From: Promethearchaeota archaeon
Lineage (GTDB): Archaea > Asgardarchaeota > Heimdallarchaeia > Hodarchaeales > Hodarchaeaceae
DNA length: 64,000 nucleotides
Assembly (NCBI GenBank): GCA_048938105.1
Contig: JBHLMN010000008.1
Location: forward strand, 32,001-96,000
Reading direction: 5' to 3'
Shown: positions 49,299 through 59,476 of the stretch, in pieces
How the letters are laid out: each line of letters begins with the position of its first letter
Numbering within the stretch: position 1 is the stretch's first letter
The notes under the pieces: generated by a model
Database searches by the model: none
What the model was told of the DNA's origin: nothing
The model's input: only the letters and a program-made list of their open reading frames with translations
Made by a program: the position numbers and the translations under genes

Positions 49299-51521
49299 TC
49301 AGCGGATTACTCTTTTTTTACGATGTATCAGTATTACTAAAGTAATGGCTACCAATACAGGTAATATAGGAAACTGAGAATTATTTTGTGAGGTGTCTGT
49401 TGTTGTGATGGTGGATTCTTGAATAAGATTTATCAAGACATCAAAAGCGATAGCTCTCGCATTATATTCATCTTCCCTGGCTGTAGTAACGATAATTAAA
49501 TCATATGTTGGATAAATTTGAATCATTTGACCACCATAACCAAGAGCTGTATATGCATCCCCAATGAGCCAGAATTGATATCCATAGCCAGAAGGGTTAT
49601 TAATACCAGTTCTAGGCAATCCTTCAATATGATCTTGAGATGATATCATAATCCAGTCTTTAGAGATTATTTGATTACTGTTCCATGTCCCATTATTCAA
49701 ATATAATTGACCGAATTTTGCCATATTTCGAGGCGTTAAAAAGAGTCCAATTCCCCCAAAATTGATTCCATCGGATCCAGCCATCCATATCACGTCGGAC
49801 TCTTCAATGCCTAAAGGCTTAAAAAGATATTTTAAAGCGAATTCTAAGGTAGATAAACCAGTAGTCTTCTGGATTATCGCTGATAATAATTGGGAAGCCC
49901 CTGTATTATAATTATATTCTGCACCTGGATTAGCAGCCATTGGTTTTGAGAGAACATACTCCACACTATCATTAGCTACAACCATTCCCCATATATCAAT
50001 CAAATCATTCCACTCCATCCCTGTGGTCATTGAGAGTAAATGATGAAGTGTTATTGCTTCTTTTCTCGAATCATTGTTTGATATTGATATATCAGGAAAG
50101 AAATCAAGAACTCGTTGATCAACACTATTAATGTATCCTTTATCAATAGCAATACCAATTAATGCTGACGTAAAACTTTTAGTGGCCGAAAAATGAGTAT
50201 GTTTTAAGGTAGGAGTATATACTTGACTATAATCACTATAATATTGCTCAAATACTAAACTACCATGCCTGATTATTACTACACTATGTATTCGTGAGTT
50301 TTCTACAGTATTGGCTAAAGATTTTCTTAATGACGTCGAATTGATTCCTTGTTCTTCTGGAGTTGATGTGGGCCATTCATCTAACGATTGTTCTATACTA
50401 AGAGTTGGATAATCTCCCCATAGCTTAACTGTCCAATCCCAACTAGCTGAGGCAAGCATTGTTCCATCCAATGAGAATTTCACTGACTCAATGGAATTTT
50501 TATGGCCTACCACTGTATCAATTAACTTTCCATCAGTTGTGTTCCAAATTTGGATTGAACAGTCATGTAGTTGGCCATAAAAACGCCAATAATCTTCAGG
50601 CCATTCTAGAGATGGATCAACCGCGACGGCAAGAGAAGAATCAACTAGAGAAAGAGCTAATGACCAAGTTGATTCATTTGTTTTTAGTACGCGAGAAATA
50701 TTTTTTTTCTTTACATCCCAGAAATTGATTGATTTATCAAGGCCAGCAGAAATTATTGTTGACTCATCGTGTGAGAATGTCACAGAAGTAATCTTATCTC
50801 CATGACCCTTAAAAGTTTGAAGTTCGATTCCAGAAGATACATCCCATAATCGAATAGTTTTATCCCAAGAGCCAGTAAGTAACAAAGAGTCATCCTTTGA
50901 GAAGGAAATGGAGGAAACAGCATCGGTATGACCAATGAACCTCTGTAAGACTTCTCCACTAGTCACGTTTAAAAGCTGAATGAACTTCTTTTCGTTATTA
51001 CCATAAGTAACATCTCCCATCCATTCACCTCCTCCTACAGCTAAAGTTTTTCCGTCAGAGGACCATTTTAAATCAATAACTGCATGTGGAAATAAAGCCC
51101 ACTTCGCCAAAAGTTCCCCTGAAGAAATATTCCAGAGATTAATTTTAGTGTCTATTCCCCCAGAAGCTAAGATTTCACCAGAAGGATTAAAATCTAATGA
51201 AATGACCCCATAATGATGTCTACTTAGTACATGTATAATATTCCCGTTACTTAAGTTCCACAAGCGAATAGTTCCGTCTGAAGAACCTGATGCAAGTATG
51301 GAACCATCTGGTGAAAATGCTATTTCTCGAACTCTCCAACCATGACCTGTGAGGGTGGCAAAGTTGTTGGAAAATAATGAAGATTTGGAACTTCTAGAGT
51401 AATGTACGAGATTTTCGTCTTCATTGATTGCACCTACGCCGAAGTTCATGCAAATTGTGTTTGTAATGAAGATTATTAGGGAAATTAAACAAAAAAAAGT
51501 TTTACTGGTTATTTTTGGCAA
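49299..51521 (-). CDS. Secreted, C-terminally anchored WD40 propeller fused to a beta-lactamase-like serine hydrolase
   Basis: Signal peptide; GH...W(D/N) WD40 repeats; SATK (SxxK), HLLSMTTG, YNYNTG; Thr linker, TM and basic tail. Confidence 0.88.
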   Translation of the reverse strand: MPKITSKTFFCLISLIIFITNTICMNFGVGAINEDENLVHYSRSSKSSLFSNNFATLTGHGWRVREIAFSPDGSILASGSSDGTIRLWNLSNGNIIHVLSRHHYGVISLDFNPSGEILASGGIDTKINLWNISSGELLAKWALFPHAVIDLKWSSDGKTLAVGGGEWMGDVTYGNNEKKFIQLLNVTSGEVLQRFIGHTDAVSSISFSKDDSLLLTGSWDKTIRLWDVSSGIELQTFKGHGDKITSVTFSHDESTIISAGLDKSINFWDVKKKNISRVLKTNESTWSLALSLVDSSLAVAVDPSLEWPEDYWRFYGQLHDCSIQIWNTTDGKLIDTVVGHKNSIESVKFSLDGTMLASASWDWTVKLWGDYPTLSIEQSLDEWPTSTPEEQGINSTSLRKSLANTVENSRIHSVVIIRHGSLVFEQYYSDYSQVYTPTLKHTHFSATKSFTSALIGIAIDKGYINSVDQRVLDFFPDISISNNDSRKEAITLHHLLSMTTGMEWNDLIDIWGMVVANDSVEYVLSKPMAANPGAEYNYNTGASQLLSAIIQKTTGLSTLEFALKYLFKPLGIEESDVIWMAGSDGINFGGIGLFLTPRNMAKFGQLYLNNGTWNSNQIISKDWIMISSQDHIEGLPRTGINNPSGYGYQFWLIGDAYTALGYGGQMIQIYPTYDLIIVTTAREDEYNARAIAFDVLINLIQESTITTTDTSQNNSQFPILPVLVAITLVILIHRKKRVIR

Positions 51522-51712
51522 AATATCACACTCGAAAAGTAAGTATCCAATAAAGTAAGGTTAATACTCGAAATTTATTTGGTGTTCTTATAATTTCCCA
51601 TATTTTGAGACGTCACAAAATTTGGGATAACTTATTATTCTATTCTGCAAAATGCTAAAAAGATAACGAGTGGATATGCAAAGACGCAAATAGTACTGTA
51701 AGGTTAAGAAAC

Positions 51713-52336
51713 ATGAATTCATCACATGAAAGGAAAAAATATTTTTCTAATAAACCTATATTCAAAGGAGTTATTCGTTTCCTATTATTTCGATATGGGC
51801 CTCAAACTGCTAAACAAATACAAATAAAATTAGGTTTAAAACAACAAACAACATACAATTATTTGAATGAATTAGTTGACGAAGGGAGAATTGAGGTAAA
51901 ATACGAAAAACTCGAAAAACGTTCAAATTTGACAAGAGCTTATTACTACCATAAACAACTTCCTTTTTTTCCTGATCCTGAAGAGATGCCTTATACTGAT
52001 AGAATAATGAAAGCTAGTCGATCTGTTGAAAACTTAGTAAAACAGGTAAGAAGTGGAATAGAGTCAAGCTTAGGAGCAATATTAGAAATAAAAGCAGCAA
52101 TAGATAGGATGACCGATAAAGAAGTGGAAGAATATGTGAAATGTGATCCGATAGTATGGGGATTTTTTACAACAACAATGTTACTAACGGATGAAGAATA
52201 TAGTGAACTTCAAATAGAATTTAAAGAGTTATTGAATAAGCTGGATAATAAATGGGTGAACGAACATGAAAAGGATGTGCATTCAGGAAACGTGTTTACA
52301 TTTATGTTTTACAAAGCAATACCTTATAGTGAATAA
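51713..52336 (+). CDS. Winged-helix transcriptional regulator
   Basis: GPQTAKQIQIKLGLKQQTTYNYLNELVDEG; divergent from the hydrolase gene. Confidence 0.75.
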   Translation: MNSSHERKKYFSNKPIFKGVIRFLLFRYGPQTAKQIQIKLGLKQQTTYNYLNELVDEGRIEVKYEKLEKRSNLTRAYYYHKQLPFFPDPEEMPYTDRIMKASRSVENLVKQVRSGIESSLGAILEIKAAIDRMTDKEVEEYVKCDPIVWGFFTTTMLLTDEEYSELQIEFKELLNKLDNKWVNEHEKDVHSGNVFTFMFYKAIPYSE

Positions 52337-52492
52337 CAGGTTAATTCAGGATTCATAAATTCATAATAACTTCTATAAAGATCTGAAAGAAGAAGTGTGT
52401 GAAAAAACCACAGACTTTTAAATTACAGAATTTTAGAGGAACTTGTATAATTATAAAAGAAACGATTTTATCGCAAAATTAGGTGCAACAAA

Positions 52493-52966
52493 ATGTCACG
52501 AAGAGTTTATGTTAAAGGAAAACGCACGTATGCCCACGGTCAAGCCCCAGATCTTTCTAAATCCAACCGTTACCAAAATATCGTCAGCTTAATGTCTATA
52601 CGGGTAGAAGATGTCCATGAGACAAGTCCCGTGGATAGAACGGGTGAATTTTATTTCGAAGTAGGAGGTAAAGGAGCCTTAAAGCACGATTATCGCATTC
52701 CACATCAAGGGAATATTAATATTAAAGAAAATATGACCTATTCCGCTAAACAAGATTTTACATTGTGGCTCGAATTTGACGAGTCTGAAAAAGCAAAAAC
52801 TAAGCAGATTCCTATTAAACTTCGAGAACGGGATGCTACCCGAGATGATACTGTAATAAAGTCCGAAATTCCAATTGTTTACGGAAGTGGAACCAAATAC
52901 GAGGTTTTGAAAGGGAAGGGTATTGCTGTTAAGATTAAAATCTCGTCCCGTAAGACTCGTTTTTAA
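52493..52966 (+). CDS. Hypothetical beta-rich protein, C2-domain-like
   Basis: VDRTGEFYFEV and IKLRERDATRDD resemble C2 loop motifs. Confidence 0.55.
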   Translation: MSRRVYVKGKRTYAHGQAPDLSKSNRYQNIVSLMSIRVEDVHETSPVDRTGEFYFEVGGKGALKHDYRIPHQGNINIKENMTYSAKQDFTLWLEFDESEKAKTKQIPIKLRERDATRDDTVIKSEIPIVYGSGTKYEVLKGKGIAVKIKISSRKTRF

Positions 52967-52990
52967 GAATGCTTTAATTTCAGTTGATTA

Positions 52991-53584
52991 ATGATAATAG
53001 GTGCAATGAGAATGGTAAAAGACGAGGAACCAAAAAAGTCACGTAAATTGTTCGATAAGATCAAAGATTCAGGGAAGGATTTCGTAGAGGGTATGAAAGA
53101 AGAAATTCAGACTGCTCAAACCACGACTAAAGAGAAAACCAAGACTTATACAACGAAAAAGTCTGAGGAAATAAGAACTTCTGTAAAGCGTCGGGCTGCA
53201 GAAACCAGTACTGCAGAGGAACTTTATTTTTCTACATGGGCTTGGTTCTGGGCAATGATCTTTAGTGGTTTCGTGTGTCTTTCTATTTTTTTATTTAGTG
53301 TGGTCAACGCAAGATTCTTTTTGGTTGGATTACTTGCATTGATTGCCCTCCCATTCGTTGTTGCATGGTGTCTTATCCATATGATTCCGACTGTTAAAAT
53401 TTTTGGTTTCACTATTTTTGATAGACGGAAGCTATCATTACGCAGACAGTTGAGCTTGGGAAAAGAAATTGCGCGATTATTTTCTCGTGAATTCCTACAG
53501 GAATCTCCCATCATTGCATTCTTCATCTTTGCATTTTTCGTTATATTTATCTTTGCCCTCCTATTTGCGTTTATCCCTACTTGA
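52991..53584 (+). CDS. Hypothetical membrane protein (charged helical N-terminus, hydrophobic hairpin, C-terminal TM)
   Basis: Hydropathy pattern; 24 bp downstream of the previous gene. Confidence 0.7.
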   Translation: MIIGAMRMVKDEEPKKSRKLFDKIKDSGKDFVEGMKEEIQTAQTTTKEKTKTYTTKKSEEIRTSVKRRAAETSTAEELYFSTWAWFWAMIFSGFVCLSIFLFSVVNARFFLVGLLALIALPFVVAWCLIHMIPTVKIFGFTIFDRRKLSLRRQLSLGKEIARLFSREFLQESPIIAFFIFAFFVIFIFALLFAFIPT

Positions 53585-53635
53585 TCCTCCTCTACAGTTC
53601 AAGGTAGTATTATATATGCTTCAGATGAGTTAGTC

Positions 53636-54565
53636 ATGAAGCCATTACCTACAACAAGCTTTTCTTATGATAAGAATATTCTCTCCAAACTGGGAGAAAC
53701 ACTAAAAGAATATCATAGTAGTAATATTGATGTGTCACAAGAAAATTACTTATTAAGTACTGAACTTCTAGACTTACTGGATGGCGAGATTCTTCATTTT
53801 CTGTTGTTAAATGGGCTTGTTCAGAGCGAAAACGATATGGATAGATGGAATTTTCAGTACGTTTTTAGTGATAATCTACTTCTTTTCTGTGATTTACCAA
53901 GTTTTGAGCGGCATCGTCAATATGTTTGGCTATCTTCCAATGTTTCTGGAGGGAGTTGGGCTTTTTCTCGGTCATTGCCCGTAAAGAAGGGGATGAAAGT
54001 CTTAGATCTAGGTACTGGGTCTGGATTATTAGCATTAATGGCTAGATTAAAAGGGGGGACGGCTCTTGGAGTTGATGTGAACCCTCGCGCAGTACAATTA
54101 GCTCAATTAAATCGAGACTTAAACGGTTTGAATTCAGTTGATTTTCAAATACGTAACTGGAATTCTGTTGAAAGTGATCGGTTTGATCTGATTGTTTCGC
54201 AACCGCCTTTTGGGATTTCATCAGGGGAAATCTCGCTTGGTTACTCGTTCAATGGGGGAGATCTCACAGGTTTACAGGCTACAAAAGAAATTGTTAAACG
54301 TTTTTACCCTCAAGAGAATCAAACTCTTGGATTATTTGTTCATGTTTTAGAAAATGATTCACATTCTCGTTTTCTACATCTATTAAAGAAGTGGATCATA
54401 GATGAATCTATTAGTATAGATCTTCAACCCCAATACAACTACTCAATTAAAATTTGGTGGGAAAGATTACTGAAGAAACAAAGATTAAAATCCTCCCTTC
54501 CAATTTCCTCTGATCTTCAATCTTACAATGAAGTTGTTGCTTATATTGCATACTTAACTAGATAA
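53636..54565 (+). CDS. Class I SAM-dependent methyltransferase (MTS/HemK-like)
   Basis: VLDLGTGSG, DVNPRA, LIVSQPPF. Confidence 0.85.
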   Translation: MKPLPTTSFSYDKNILSKLGETLKEYHSSNIDVSQENYLLSTELLDLLDGEILHFLLLNGLVQSENDMDRWNFQYVFSDNLLLFCDLPSFERHRQYVWLSSNVSGGSWAFSRSLPVKKGMKVLDLGTGSGLLALMARLKGGTALGVDVNPRAVQLAQLNRDLNGLNSVDFQIRNWNSVESDRFDLIVSQPPFGISSGEISLGYSFNGGDLTGLQATKEIVKRFYPQENQTLGLFVHVLENDSHSRFLHLLKKWIIDESISIDLQPQYNYSIKIWWERLLKKQRLKSSLPISSDLQSYNEVVAYIAYLTR

Positions 54566-54608
54566 CTGCTGTATTAGTGATCGATGGATTGAAGATGAAT
54601 AAGACTCA

Positions 54609-55535
54609 TTAATCTTTTAATCCGAATAATATCTGAGTATCTTGGATTGTACCACCTAGTTCTTTAACTGTAGCTATTAGGTCTTCTTGATTTCCAACAT
54701 TCATTAACAGAGGCTTATCCTGCCACCCAGTCTCAATGTTATGTTTAGAAATTTCGACTAATAAAGCTTTTCTTAAATTTTCATATCCAGGCCTAGTAGC
54801 TAAAAATCTAACGATTAGACCTTCCTGGGTAATACCTTCCAAAGGTGCACCAGCACATACAAGTTGGTTATCTTTTGATAAGAGCATCGTGTGCTTATCA
54901 GGAAGAACTCGATTTTGGAAGTAGCTTATCCAGGCTTCTTCATTGGGAAAGGCATTTTTTAAATTGGGATCAGATTTGCACAATTCTATTAACGCCTCTA
55001 AATCGTCCATGGTTGCCATCCGTTTTGAATATCCTGATACCTCTTCTTTACTGGCTTTTTGAACGTCAATAGCATATCGGTATCCTTCATCAATTATTTC
55101 AAAACCCTTACTTTTCGCAAAAGAAACTGATTCGGTAAAACTGTCAGAAAAGTAGCCCATCACAATTTCATTCTCTGGATCACGTTTTTTTATGTATTCA
55201 AACATTTCATTGTAGAGTTTTTCCTGTACGTCGGGACATGCTTCCACTGCCCAAGGGTACCCAATCCAAGTTCGTCTCTTTGTGTTTTCGTTTGCTTCTG
55301 TTACCCGAGTCTGGATATAGGCAAGAGGGTTACCACCCTCTTTAAAGGCGTATCTTATGCCTTTAGGATCTGGTTTTTCAGTCTCATACCTTTGTCGGAT
55401 CAATTCTGCACTTGCAGTTACACGTGTCTTATATTTTTTTGTGTCTTCATTATATATTTGAGCTTGGAGTTCCTCAAATCCCTTATTTGGTTCATAATAT
55501 AGATAATTGACTTTCATTTTCATCATCACCATCAT
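54609..55535 (-). CDS. Hypothetical protein, probable tandem GNAT fold
   Basis: FAKSKGF, RMATMDDLEAL, TRPGYE-like GNAT patterns. Confidence 0.5.
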   Translation of the reverse strand: MMVMMKMKVNYLYYEPNKGFEELQAQIYNEDTKKYKTRVTASAELIRQRYETEKPDPKGIRYAFKEGGNPLAYIQTRVTEANENTKRRTWIGYPWAVEACPDVQEKLYNEMFEYIKKRDPENEIVMGYFSDSFTESVSFAKSKGFEIIDEGYRYAIDVQKASKEEVSGYSKRMATMDDLEALIELCKSDPNLKNAFPNEEAWISYFQNRVLPDKHTMLLSKDNQLVCAGAPLEGITQEGLIVRFLATRPGYENLRKALLVEISKHNIETGWQDKPLLMNVGNQEDLIATVKELGGTIQDTQILFGLKD

Positions 55536-55599
55536 TTCTACGCAAATTCTAATAAGATTACTTTCGATGCAAAATCCAAAATACTGAAAAAAAGGAAGA

Positions 55600-56244
55600 A
55601 TGATTCAGGTGGTGTGGTTCAACAAGTTGCAGCCTTTCGATTTAATTCCTTCTTACCTTCAAAAAATTTTGATTAAACTAGAGGAAAGAGATAGAGAAGA
55701 ACGAAAAGTAGGTCTAGAACGATCCAAACGCCTTCGACAGATTCCCCGTGAAACAGGTGAATTTCTTTTTCAGTTTCTTACTACATTCATTCCTCAGTTC
55801 CCTGAGTTTTTAGCTCTTGAAATAGGCACATCAGGGGGATATTCAACATTATGGCAAGGGATGGCATTAGTACTACGTCACCAGGGAAAATTAATTTCAC
55901 TAGAGCATGATCCCAAAAAGTACCAACTAGCTTCTGAGAATATTACATCCACTGAAGTTGAGAAATATGTCACATTGATTCATGAAGATGCCAAGAATTA
56001 TCTAAAAAGAAAATCTCAGGATAGATACTCCTACGTTTTCATGGATTGTGAAAAAGAAGATTATGCTTATTTTTTTAGTTTTCTTGTTGCACGATTAACC
56101 TGTGGTTCTGTCTTAATAGCTGATAATGTGATTAGTCATAAGGATGACATGTCAGATTTCATTGGTCAAATAAAAAGCGATTCAAGAGTATCTAGTATAA
56201 TATTGCCTATTGGAAGCGGTCTGGGCTTTATCCGATGGATTTAG
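55600..56244 (+). CDS. O-methyltransferase (family 3, COMT-like)
   Basis: LEIGTSGGYSTLW, FMDCEK, LIADNV. Confidence 0.9.
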   Translation: MIQVVWFNKLQPFDLIPSYLQKILIKLEERDREERKVGLERSKRLRQIPRETGEFLFQFLTTFIPQFPEFLALEIGTSGGYSTLWQGMALVLRHQGKLISLEHDPKKYQLASENITSTEVEKYVTLIHEDAKNYLKRKSQDRYSYVFMDCEKEDYAYFFSFLVARLTCGSVLIADNVISHKDDMSDFIGQIKSDSRVSSIILPIGSGLGFIRWI

Positions 56245-56286
56245 CTTCTATTCAAGAGTGAACCACAGGGGGTGTGTTAAGGTCTC

Positions 56287-56487
56287 TTATCTTATTTTTT
56301 CTATCCGTTCATATTCCTGATATCTAGGGTACTTTCCCCTTTTTCGGGTTTTGTTAAGTTTTCGTTTAGAAAGAAGATAAGAGATTGATCCTGGGTTCAT
56401 ACCTAAAACTGCTCCAATCCAAGCTCCAATTGATTTTCTTTCTAATTCCTTATCAAGTTCACCTTTCTTTTTATCCTGCATTTCCAA
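56287..56487 (-). CDS. Small hypothetical basic protein
   Basis: Non-overlapping 66-aa ORF; no motif. Confidence 0.4.
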   Translation of the reverse strand: MEMQDKKKGELDKELERKSIGAWIGAVLGMNPGSISYLLSKRKLNKTRKRGKYPRYQEYERIEKIR

Positions 56488-56702
56488 TCCACATATTTAA
56501 CTTTCTGAAAATAGGTCGTCTTAAAGAGAGGCCCATTTCTTTTAAAGCTTGTTAATGTAGAAATCTAAGTTTATGGAAAAAGGGCAATCCTGATTATAAG
56601 GCTTTACGAAATATTTTTCCTAATATAGAAAGTAGCAATAAGTAATCAAATATTATTGGTTCTCGAAATAAATAGCATAATTTCTAAAATGGAGTCATTA
56701 AA

Positions 56703-59015
56703 TTGGTTGTAGGAAAACCCCTTCCACGGAAGGACGCTCGTCTCAAAGTTAAAGGGGAAGCACAATATATTTATGACCTGAGTTTTCCTGATGAACATTT
56801 CCTAGCAGTTGTACGTAGTCCTCATGCCCATGCTCGAATCAAGAAGATTAAAATTGATCATGAAAAGATAAAACAATTAGGAGCTACAATTGGAACAGCC
56901 AAGGACATTCCTGGAAAAAATATTGTTCATGTCATACTTGATGATTGGCCTCTTCTCGCAGAAGATGTCGTGCGACATGTAGGAGAACCAGTAGCCATCG
57001 TTGTTGCAAACGATTTTAGGAGTCTGAAGGAAGCTGTTTCAGCAGTATATGTGGAATATGAAAAACTACCAGCAGTGTTTAATCCTGATGAAGCTAAAAA
57101 CCATTCAAGTATTCACATATATGGAGATAACAATGTCATATCTTATTGGCAACAAAAGAATGGAGATGTGATTAAAGGATTTGAAGAAGCCGAGGTCATT
57201 ATTGAAGGAGAATATCGAACACCAGCACAAGAACACGCGTACATAGAACCCCAAGGATGTATTGCCGTCCCCTTAGGACATGATACGATTACTGTATATG
57301 GTTCGATGCAATGTCCATTTTATGTTCAACGAGCTGTAGCTGACATTCTGGGATATCCTTGGTCAAGAGTTACAATTATCCAAACGACCACAGGAGGAGC
57401 ATTTGGTGGAAAAGAGGACCAACCGAATCAGCTTGCTAGTCTAGTTGCACTAGGTGCATATCTCACAAGAAAACCAGTCAAATATATCTTATCTCGAGAA
57501 GAAGATGTAGAAAATACCTCAAAACGTCATCCAGCAATTATTCGTATAAAAACAGGGGTATCGAAAGATGGAGTGTTAACTGCAGTTCAGGTGGGACATT
57601 TAATGAATTCAGGGGCTTATGCGACTCTGACACCTGCAGTTCTTTATCGTGGATGTTTACACGCTGTTGGCCCTTATCGCTGTCCCAATGTTGATGTTCA
57701 ATCTTATGCTGTTGCCACCAATCTTGTCCCATTTGGAGCTTTCCGAGGTTTTGGATCCCCACAGGTTCTTTTTGCCTGTGAAGAACAGATGGATCGTGCT
57801 GCAGCGGAGTTAGAACTTGATCCTATAGAGTTTCGAGAGAAAAATTTGATACGAAAAGGTGATACCGCTTCTTTTGGACAAGTTCTCGATAACTCTGTTG
57901 GTTTACTAGAAACTCTCAAAGAAGCCAAAAGAAAGAGTAATTGGGAAAAGAAATGGAAACTTGCACCTGATTTCAGGTATGTAATAGAAGAGAGTAAGAA
58001 GGGAAATTATAAATGGAACGGAGTCGGAGTTTCGACAATTTTTTATGGGGTTGGTTTGGGCTCAGCAGGAAAACAGTTATCCCGTACTGGTTCATATGTT
58101 CAACTTGAACCTGATGGGAGTGTGCGATTTGCAGTTGGAACTACTGAATTAGGTCAAGGGATGATAACAGTTCTTTCTCAGATTGTTGCGTCAGAATTAG
58201 GGATAGATTATTCCAAGGTTCTTATGGTACCTGTTGATACTAGTCGAGTTCCTGACTCAGGGCCAACAGTTGCATCCCGAGCAACTTCTTTTTCGGGTCG
58301 AGCACTCCAAAATGCTTGCCAACAAATACGATCTTTGATGTTTGAAACAATTTCTCCACATATTGAGAGTAATTCTTCTGATTTGCAAATAAAAGGGAAC
58401 TATATTATCTCAACTTCTTCTGGAAAAAAGATGTTGGTTGAAGATGCGATTAAAATAATGTACGAAGAACGAGGACAAGTGGCAAAGGCAGGTTGGGATG
58501 TAGCTCCACCTACAGACTATGATAATGAAAAAGGGCAAGGGAATCCATATGCAACTTATGCTTGGTGTACAAATGTTGTTGAAGTGGAAGTTGATGTTCA
58601 AACAGGTACTGTTCAAGTTAAAGACATCTGGGCTGCACATGATGTGGGACGAGCTATCAATCCCCAAACCTTAGAAGGTCAAATAGAAGGTGGATCACTT
58701 CAGGGAATGGGATACGGCCGTTATGAAGAAATAATTTTCACCCCTGAAGGAGGGATTTTATCAAACAACTTAGGCACTTATCTTGTTCCTACAACGAAAG
58801 ATACCCCAAATATTCATTCTATCATTGTTGAAGATCCATGGAAACAAGGCCCTTACGGTGCAAAAGGTTTTGGTGAACAACCTTTGATGGGTATCGCTCC
58901 TGCATTAACTAATGCAATCTATAATGCGATTGGTGTTAGAATATCAGAGATCCCCGCTACACCAGAACGCGTCTGGAAGGCTATTCAGGATAAACTGAAG
59001 GAGGATTGGGTATGA
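56703..59015 (+). CDS. Xanthine dehydrogenase family molybdopterin-binding subunit
   Basis: QEHAYIE, GGAFGGKE, AFRGFG, VASR, GQIEGG, GAKGFGE. Confidence 0.93.
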   Translation: MVVGKPLPRKDARLKVKGEAQYIYDLSFPDEHFLAVVRSPHAHARIKKIKIDHEKIKQLGATIGTAKDIPGKNIVHVILDDWPLLAEDVVRHVGEPVAIVVANDFRSLKEAVSAVYVEYEKLPAVFNPDEAKNHSSIHIYGDNNVISYWQQKNGDVIKGFEEAEVIIEGEYRTPAQEHAYIEPQGCIAVPLGHDTITVYGSMQCPFYVQRAVADILGYPWSRVTIIQTTTGGAFGGKEDQPNQLASLVALGAYLTRKPVKYILSREEDVENTSKRHPAIIRIKTGVSKDGVLTAVQVGHLMNSGAYATLTPAVLYRGCLHAVGPYRCPNVDVQSYAVATNLVPFGAFRGFGSPQVLFACEEQMDRAAAELELDPIEFREKNLIRKGDTASFGQVLDNSVGLLETLKEAKRKSNWEKKWKLAPDFRYVIEESKKGNYKWNGVGVSTIFYGVGLGSAGKQLSRTGSYVQLEPDGSVRFAVGTTELGQGMITVLSQIVASELGIDYSKVLMVPVDTSRVPDSGPTVASRATSFSGRALQNACQQIRSLMFETISPHIESNSSDLQIKGNYIISTSSGKKMLVEDAIKIMYEERGQVAKAGWDVAPPTDYDNEKGQGNPYATYAWCTNVVEVEVDVQTGTVQVKDIWAAHDVGRAINPQTLEGQIEGGSLQGMGYGRYEEIIFTPEGGILSNNLGTYLVPTTKDTPNIHSIIVEDPWKQGPYGAKGFGEQPLMGIAPALTNAIYNAIGVRISEIPATPERVWKAIQDKLKEDWV

Positions 59016-59476
59016 AGGTAGAAATTTTCATCAATGGAGTATTCTATCGAAAAGAAGTATCTCCTGATTATAGACTCTTAGATTTTCTTCGTGAAGATTT
59101 GGGTTTAAAAGGAACGAAAGTAGGTTGTGACCAGGGGGAATGTGGAGCATGTAGTGTGATCTTGAACGGAAAAGTTGTTAATTCTTGTTTGGTATTGATG
59201 GCTCAAGTTCCAAAGCATAGTAAGGTTGAAACTATTGAATCATCAGATTCACTTATTTTATCCCTTCAAGAATCATTTATTGAAAAGGGAGCTACGCAAT
59301 GTGGGGCTTGTACTCCAGGAATGATCATGGCATCTTCAGCATTATTGAGAGAAAAACCTAATGCAAACTTGGATGAGATTCGTGAAGGATTGAGTGGTGT
59401 CATCTGTCGCTGTACGGGGTATCAAAAGATTTTTGATGCAATTAAAGAGACACAACGAGGATTAGTACAAAAATGA
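59012..59476 (+). CDS. Xanthine dehydrogenase family 2x[2Fe-2S] subunit
   Basis: GCDQGECGAC, QCGACTPG, CRCTGY; ATGA overlap with the upstream stop. Confidence 0.93.
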   Translation: MKVEIFINGVFYRKEVSPDYRLLDFLREDLGLKGTKVGCDQGECGACSVILNGKVVNSCLVLMAQVPKHSKVETIESSDSLILSLQESFIEKGATQCGACTPGMIMASSALLREKPNANLDEIREGLSGVICRCTGYQKIFDAIKETQRGLVQK

